A stretch of DNA of 64,000 nt from an uncultured Holophaga sp. (GTDB lineage Bacteria; Acidobacteriota; Holophagae; Holophagales; Holophagaceae). Below, one piece after another: positions 58,275-64,000 of this stretch. A model generated the notes under the pieces. It ran no database searches and was not told the origin of the DNA. It saw only the letters and a program-made list of their open reading frames with translations. Every line of letters starts with the position of its first letter. Within the stretch, counting starts at the first letter, position 1. Both the position numbers and the translations under genes were made by a program. The stretch lies in assembly GCA_963664825.1 (NCBI GenBank), contig OY761614.1, positions 2,720,001 to 2,784,000 of the forward strand, written 5' to 3'.

Positions 58275-59255
58275 CTATAGTTGCGCGAGGGCGGTCTGGA
58301 GTTCCTTTAGCTGGGGATAGAGGGAGAGCTGGGCCTTCAGAAAGATCCTGGCGACCTCTGGTCCTTCGGCCCCGGCCAACACCTGGGCGAGCAGGGCGAG
58401 GGTGCGCCCATCCTTCGGTTGTCGCTCCAGGATCGTCCCCAGGTAGCGTTTGGCCTCGAGGTATTCCTTTCGCTGGATGGAGACCCGAGCCAGTCCCAGT
58501 AGGGCCGATTTGTCGTACCCCGGTTGGAGGGCCTCCCGGAAGAGCTCCTCGGCCTGGGGGAGACGACCCAGACGGAAGAAACAGTCTCCGGCCCGGGTGA
58601 GCACCTGCTTATTGTGGCGGTCGAGTTTCAGGATGGCTTCCCAGTAGGGCGCGGCCTGTTCGAAGCGGCCTTGGCCTCGCAGGGCGTCGGCCATGCCGAA
58701 GATGGCGTAGGGGTTCTCGGGCGCGGCCTGGAGGGCCATCCCAAAGCATTCGACGGCCTTCTGGAAATTGAATTTCCGACGGTGGATGTTGCCCACCATG
58801 GTCAAGATATTCACCAGCGTCGGATCGAGCCTCAATAACGGTTCCCAGTAGGCCAGGGCTTCCTCGAAGGCCTGGTCCTTGTAGTAGAGGTCGCCCATTC
58901 CCATCAGCGCATAGCGGCTGCTGGGATCGATCTGGAGGGCCCGCGTGTAATGCGCGATGGCTAAGTTGTGCCGTCCTGTCTTCTTGTAGGCATCGGCCAC
59001 CCGGGAGTGAATCCCGGCGTCCTTCGGGTGGGCCTCCAGGTATTTATGCCAGTAGAAGAGGCAGTTCTCGAGATCCTTCAGGCCGCGATAGGCATCGGCC
59101 AGGTGCAGCAGCAGGGGGCCGTGGCTGGGATCCAGCGCGAGGGCCTCCAGGTAGAAGGGCAGGGCCGCGGCAAAGGCGTGTGCCTTGCGGTGGGTTTCCC
59201 CAGTTCGGATAAGGCGCTGGATGGCAGTCTTGGGATTGTCCAGGAGGGGCTCCAT
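58275..59255 (-). CDS. Cytoplasmic TPR-repeat protein
   Basis: About eight consecutive TPRs (LADAYRG, MGDLYYK, MADALRG). Confidence 0.88.
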   Translation of the reverse strand: MEPLLDNPKTAIQRLIRTGETHRKAHAFAAALPFYLEALALDPSHGPLLLHLADAYRGLKDLENCLFYWHKYLEAHPKDAGIHSRVADAYKKTGRHNLAIAHYTRALQIDPSSRYALMGMGDLYYKDQAFEEALAYWEPLLRLDPTLVNILTMVGNIHRRKFNFQKAVECFGMALQAAPENPYAIFGMADALRGQGRFEQAAPYWEAILKLDRHNKQVLTRAGDCFFRLGRLPQAEELFREALQPGYDKSALLGLARVSIQRKEYLEAKRYLGTILERQPKDGRTLALLAQVLAGAEGPEVARIFLKAQLSLYPQLKELQTALAQL

Positions 59256-59410
59256 CGCTAGGGTTCCGTTCGAGGTGTATGAAAAAAAACGCAAATAACT
59301 TGGTGACAACCGATGGGGGCGGTAAACTCCATCCAACTCCCCTAAGTCGTGGTGCCCGGTTGATTGTAAGGCCCAGAACCGCGACTTTTCATGACGGAAT
59401 GGCTGGAACC

Positions 59411-60169
59411 ATGAAAAATCCAATCCCGTCCCATCACGCTCAGGCCGTTTCCACTCCTGGTCCGTCTTCGGATGCGCCCAGGAGCGGGATCGCGATCACG
59501 GTGCTAGTGGTGGAAGACGAACCCACCACGCGCAAACTCCTCCAGAAGAGCCTCGAAAAATCGGGGTTCCAGGTGCGAGTGGCCGAGGATGGGGAGACGG
59601 CCATCCAGATGTTCCAGCGGGAACCCTCCCAGGTCGTGGTCCTGGATATCATGCTGCCGGGCATGGACGGCTTCGAAGTCTGCCGCCGCATGCGGATGCA
59701 TCGGGAAGGCGCCGCCATTCTGATGCTTACGGCAAAACGTGAGGACGATGACAAGATCAATGGCCTTGATCTGGGCGCAGACGACTACATGGTGAAGCCC
59801 TTCAACCCCAGAGAGCTCGTGGCGCGCATCAACGCCATTCTGCGGAGATGCCTGCCGCGGGGGGGCTCTGCGGACTCGCTCGCGTTCAAGGATCTCCGCA
59901 TCGATTTCAGGGCCCAGAAGGCGTTCAAGGGGGGCACCGAATTGGACCTCACGCCTCGGGAATTCGCCCTGCTGGCCACCTTTCTCCAGAACCCTGGCAC
60001 GGTGCTCACGCGCGATGAGCTGAACGAGAGAATCTGGGGCAAGGATCATCACGGCTCTTCCAAGAGCCTGGATGTCTACATGCGCAAACTCCGCCAGAAG
60101 ACGGAGGAGGACCCCTCCCATCCCACACGGCTCAGGACCGCCTGGGGTGTGGGCTACATCTGCGAATAA
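59411..60169 (+). CDS. OmpR/PhoB-family response regulator
   Basis: VVEDE, LDIMLPGMDG, GADDYMVKPF, LTPREF, TAWGVGY. Confidence 0.95.
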   Translation: MKNPIPSHHAQAVSTPGPSSDAPRSGIAITVLVVEDEPTTRKLLQKSLEKSGFQVRVAEDGETAIQMFQREPSQVVVLDIMLPGMDGFEVCRRMRMHREGAAILMLTAKREDDDKINGLDLGADDYMVKPFNPRELVARINAILRRCLPRGGSADSLAFKDLRIDFRAQKAFKGGTELDLTPREFALLATFLQNPGTVLTRDELNERIWGKDHHGSSKSLDVYMRKLRQKTEEDPSHPTRLRTAWGVGYICE

Positions 60170-60550
60170 CGAGGAGCTTCCCGCGCTCAAGAAGGCCTCG
60201 ATAGCAGCCTCTTGGGGGTCCGGAACCCTTTGTTCATGGGATTGGAAATCGTGCTCGGGCATCCCACCGCAGGCCGATTTTTTAATAAATATTTACCAAA
60301 TCCCTGCTTGACCCATGCCGATGAAGAAGCCATTCTTGGGTTTTCACAGCACAATAGAGGGTTCACCCTCGAAACGTTGTCGGTAATACACAAGTCAATG
60401 CCTGTAGATACCACATACATATATGAATGTGGCAGATGTAGGTTTGTCCCTTTATCCCGGGGACCCCGATCGCCGGGGTTATTCGGGCCACTTAATATCG
60501 TTCGGACGAACATATTGTTCATTGTCCGGGCACTCGCTCAAGGAGTTACC

Positions 60551-61135
60551 ATGCGTAACCTCATCACCCTCGCGCTCGTCGCCGCCACCCTCCCCATGAT
60601 GGCCGCCAATACCACGACCTCCGTCAAGACCTCCGCCACGGCTCCCGTCAAGGTGAAGATCGTGGCCCCCTGCCACATCGAAACCACCGGCACGCTGGAT
60701 TTCGGCACTGTCATGATGAACGAGTACTACCAAGACGGCGCGGTGGGCATCCTGCCCAAGACAACGGCTGGTGGCACTTCTCAGGTCGCTGCTGCTGGCG
60801 TATTCAACTGTGTGAACATGGCTAGCACGCAGTCTGTGGCCGAGTTCCATTATCGCCACGATGCGACCATGCCCGTCACCGTCACCATCGATGGCAACGT
60901 GATCAAGCCAGCAACGGGTGACATCATCAACCACGTTACTGATCACAAAGTCCACATGTCCAATGGACTCTATCTGATGCCCGCCACCGATCTGCCCTCC
61001 GATTCCTGCGGCCTGTTCACACCCATCGCTGGCGTCGCGGATCGTCATTTCGGCCTCGGTGGCGTCCTGTTCATTCCCAAGACCACCTTCGGAGCTCAGA
61101 CTGGCTCCGTCACCGTTACAATCGCTTACCTGTAG
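60551..61135 (+). CDS. DUF4402-like secreted pilin/fimbrial subunit
   Basis: Signal peptide, A.V.IV.P...LDFG motif, C-terminal G.V.VTIAY; AGGAG RBS. Confidence 0.72.
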   Translation: MRNLITLALVAATLPMMAANTTTSVKTSATAPVKVKIVAPCHIETTGTLDFGTVMMNEYYQDGAVGILPKTTAGGTSQVAAAGVFNCVNMASTQSVAEFHYRHDATMPVTVTIDGNVIKPATGDIINHVTDHKVHMSNGLYLMPATDLPSDSCGLFTPIAGVADRHFGLGGVLFIPKTTFGAQTGSVTVTIAYL

Positions 61136-61158
61136 TCTGATCTTTTCCCAGTAATCCG

Positions 61159-61200
61159 CGAATGAAGGCCGCTCTATCCGGAGTGGCCTTCATTTCGTTT
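61159..61200 (+). terminator. Intra-operon hairpin/terminator after pilin
   Basis: AATGAAGGCCGCTC-TATCCG-GAGTGGCCTTCATT followed by TCGTTT. Confidence 0.75.
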
Positions 61201-61217
61201 CTCACGGGTGCTCGACC

Positions 61218-62135
61218 ATGATCCGCCGCATTCTGTTTTCCGTGCTTGCCATCGCCTTCGCCTTTGCGCAGGAAGTTGCTCCACCAGTGCCCCCTGCTCC
61301 TTTGGCTCCTCCTGTGGTGGCGACGGGGGCTGCTCCAGTGATCACGACGGAAAAACCGGGCAGCAATCTCTCCATATTCCCTACGCGACTGGTGCTGGAG
61401 GGGCGTTCACGCTCCGAGGAGATCGTGCTCCGCAATTCTGGAAAGGCGGCGGCCACCTACCGGATCCTGTTCAAGGAAATGGAGATGAACGAGAACGGCG
61501 AGATTCAGGAACGTCCGAGGAAGGAGGGTGAGATCACGGCGGCCGATCTCATCCGCTTCAGCCCCCGGCAGGTCGAACTTGCTCCCGGCGAGACGCAGAC
61601 GGTGCGCATCCAAGTACGCAAGCCCGAAGGGTTGGTGGATGGGGAATACCGTTCCCATCTACTCTTCCAAGCCGTCCCGGTGGCAGAACCCCCGGCCCCC
61701 CTCGGAGGTGAGGTCGAAAGGGCGCTCTCCGTGAAGATCACCACCCTCCTGGGGATGTCCATCCCCATCATCCTTCGCCATGGCGAGACCCAAGGGAAGC
61801 TTGCGATCTCCGAATTGCGCTTCTGGAGGCCCGGTCCCAAGGTGACGCCGGGTGCTCCTCCTGTCCTGAGCCTCCGAATGACGCGGGAGGGCAACCGCAG
61901 CCTCTCCGGGGCCTTCACCGCCGTGGTGGAATCCGGGGGAAAACTCAAGAAGGGGACCCTCCTCTGGGAATTGCCGGTGGTTCCCATCTACACCAGCATG
62001 CCCTGGCGGAATGTCCATATGCCGATGTATCAAGGGAAGAACGGAGAACTCAACGGGGCTCGGGTGAAGATCACCTGCACACCCGTCGATTTCAAGGGGG
62101 CGCCGATCGTGGCCTACCTGGATATTCCGGCCTGA
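61218..62135 (+). CDS. PapD-like periplasmic pilus chaperone
   Basis: Signal peptide, IFPTRLVLE, FSPRQVELAPGETQTVRI, GEYRSHLLF, SIPII. Confidence 0.85.
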   Translation: MIRRILFSVLAIAFAFAQEVAPPVPPAPLAPPVVATGAAPVITTEKPGSNLSIFPTRLVLEGRSRSEEIVLRNSGKAAATYRILFKEMEMNENGEIQERPRKEGEITAADLIRFSPRQVELAPGETQTVRIQVRKPEGLVDGEYRSHLLFQAVPVAEPPAPLGGEVERALSVKITTLLGMSIPIILRHGETQGKLAISELRFWRPGPKVTPGAPPVLSLRMTREGNRSLSGAFTAVVESGGKLKKGTLLWELPVVPIYTSMPWRNVHMPMYQGKNGELNGARVKITCTPVDFKGAPIVAYLDIPA

Positions 62136-62145
62136 TGCCTGCGGA

Positions 62146-64000
62146 ATGCCTTATCAACCCACACTCACGAGCCTAGCTTGCCTCCTGCTCGGTGCCTCCC
62201 TGGCGGCCCAGGTGCCCCCCGGGCACCTCGATCCAGCCGATGCCATTCTGTTGCAACCCTTCCTGGGGAAGATCCCCTTGGCGGATTCACTCAATGCCTT
62301 TCCCGCTCCCGGAGGCGCCATGGTGCCTCTTGGGGAGTTGTGCAGCATGCTCGGCTTCGGAATTCAGGTAGTTGCTGAGAAGGGCCGTGCCGAAGGCTTC
62401 TTTGTCTCACCCAAGCGCCGTTTCCTGCTCGATCTCAACGCGGGGGTAGCCGAAGTGGAGGGACGGCGCCTGCCTCTGGGTTCACTGCTGGCGGTCCGGG
62501 AAGGTCAGGAGATCTTCGTCGATGCCCGGTTGCTCGCACTCTGGTTCCCCTTGAAGGTGGTTGTGAATACCAAGGCCGCTGTCTTGCGGCTTACCAGCAC
62601 TGAAAAATTGCCTGTGGAGGCGGAATGGGAGCGGGAGGGGAAAGCTGGCTACCTCGCCCAGAATCCCGGGGGCGCGAGTGATAGCCCGGTGGGCACCTTC
62701 AAGGACTTCCCATACAGTTTCCTCGATATGCCCTTCGCGGATGTTTCCACATCTTGGTCCAAGAGCCAGCATGGAGCCTCCGGTCCCCCGAGCATTTCGA
62801 CCAATTTGGCCGGGGATTTTCTCTGGATGAGTGCCAATTTCTACGCCGCCCGGGACAACAACGGCCAGATCAAGAATACGAGTCTCTCCCTCTTCCGGGA
62901 GGATCCCAATGCAGCACTGCTGGGCCCCCTGCATGCCACGCATGTGGAACTGGGGAACCTCATGCGTTCTGCCTCCCTCGAAATAGCCGGGGATTTGCCT
63001 CGGGGGCGAGGCCTCCTGGTGGATAACTACCCCATGAATTACCGATCCAAGTTCGCCAGCCGCACCTTCCAGGGTTACCTGCAGGAGGGCTGGTCTGTGG
63101 AGCTTTACCAAAACAAGGCTTTGTTGGGCTACCAGCGTTCCAGGCCCGATGGGCGCTATGAGTTCCCCGATACTCCGCTCCGTTTCGGCCTGAACCAGTT
63201 CAAGCTGGTCTTCCATGGTCCTTTCGGCCAGATCCGCGAAGAAAGCTACCGGGTGGAGATCTCCAGCGATCAGCCTCCACCAGGGGCCTTCTATTACCGC
63301 CTAGCGGGTTCGAGACCTAGCTCGGTCGATCAGACCTCAGGGGGACAGCCCGGTGCAACCCTGCCTGAGTCCAGAATCAATAGCATGGCCGAGATGGAGT
63401 ATGGCCTCACCCCCTACTTGGCGGCCAACGCAGCGGTTTCCAAAATCGCGGATTCGAACGATGTGCTGCACACCTACGATGTGGTCGGGCTTCGCAGCCT
63501 CTTCTCGTATCTCTCCCTCCAGGGCAATGCCGCCCAGGATGTGGTCCAGGGCCGTGCCTCGGGCGTGGCTGCCCAGGGCATCCTTCGAACCGGGTATGAG
63601 TACTCCAGCCTGACGCTGGAACGCTCCGAATACCGACGAGGCTTCGAGCAGATTGGTTACCAGGTTTACGGCGCAACGCCTCAGCATCTGCGCTCCGTCA
63701 CCATGCTCCAGTGGGATGGCAGTTGGACCATGCGGAAAACGCCCATCAATCTGGCCTTTTCGAGGCGGGATCTTCGCTACGCCGAAGGGGGCGGAAGTAC
63801 CACCGATACTCTTCGTAGCACCCTCACTTTCCCCGCCTTCGTTGTGGCTCCTTCCTTGAGTCGAACGGTGAATCTGGGGTGGAACGGCACCACTAATCTG
63901 AATGGGAATGTCTACGTCAGCTTCCGAAAAGGCGAATACGATCTGCAAGGACAGATGAACGCCACGCATTCCCAAGGCAAGACGGAACTCAGTGGCTGGA
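62146..64000 (+). CDS. Usher-like outer membrane protein (3'-truncated; absent from ORF track)
   Basis: Translated by hand: MPYQPTLTSLACLLLGASLAAQ...MVPLGELC..GRAEGFF...GWSVELY..GRYEF...GLNQFKLVFHGPFGQ. No stop was seen before the window end. Confidence 0.75.
   Translation, partial: MPYQPTLTSLACLLLGASLAAQVPPGHLDPADAILLQPFLGKIPLADSLNAFPAPGGAMVPLGELCSMLGFGIQVVAEKGRAEGFFVSPKRRFLLDLNAGVAEVEGRRLPLGSLLAVREGQEIFVDARLLALWFPLKVVVNTKAAVLRLTSTEKLPVEAEWEREGKAGYLAQNPGGASDSPVGTFKDFPYSFLDMPFADVSTSWSKSQHGASGPPSISTNLAGDFLWMSANFYAARDNNGQIKNTSLSLFREDPNAALLGPLHATHVELGNLMRSASLEIAGDLPRGRGLLVDNYPMNYRSKFASRTFQGYLQEGWSVELYQNKALLGYQRSRPDGRYEFPDTPLRFGLNQFKLVFHGPFGQIREESYRVEISSDQPPPGAFYYRLAGSRPSSVDQTSGGQPGATLPESRINSMAEMEYGLTPYLAANAAVSKIADSNDVLHTYDVVGLRSLFSYLSLQGNAAQDVVQGRASGVAAQGILRTGYEYSSLTLERSEYRRGFEQIGYQVYGATPQHLRSVTMLQWDGSWTMRKTPINLAFSRRDLRYAEGGGSTTDTLRSTLTFPAFVVAPSLSRTVNLGWNGTTNLNGNVYVSFRKGEYDLQGQMNATHSQGKTELSGW

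Overview
GC-rich bacterial chromosome segment, mostly core genome. Gene content and style suggest an anaerobe such as Holophagae/Acidobacteriota; this is an inference. Housekeeping genes include ybaB/ebfC-recR, truA, HU, aroB, purE, a lipB-NUDIX fusion, dnaG-rpoD, a TamB-like protein, rho, a DEAD-type helicase, a Dus enzyme and a TolC-family protein. Signalling genes include three Hanks Ser/Thr kinases, two PleD-like regulators with degenerate GGDEF sites and an OmpR-type regulator. The largest accessory block (about 40.0-51.9 kb) is a purine/molybdenum-hydroxylase operon. It puts a conventional XdhAB directly in front of a selenium-dependent xanthine dehydrogenase and its labile-selenium maturation genes (xdhC, yqeC, yqeB, desulfurase/Sec-lyase, selD, DUF3343-like, yedF). 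The window ends in a DUF4402-pilin/chaperone/usher-like cluster. Less explained signals are a hypothetical protein that reads like a catalytically dead class III ribonucleotide reductase with a C-terminal beta-clamp-like motif, an orphan fliL-fliN pair with a perfect sigma54 site, two ~100-bp-spaced gene-end duplications enclosing hairpins, a multi-hairpin element after rpoD, and a homopolymer frameshift in mgsA. I saw no rRNA, tRNA, CRISPR array or transposase.
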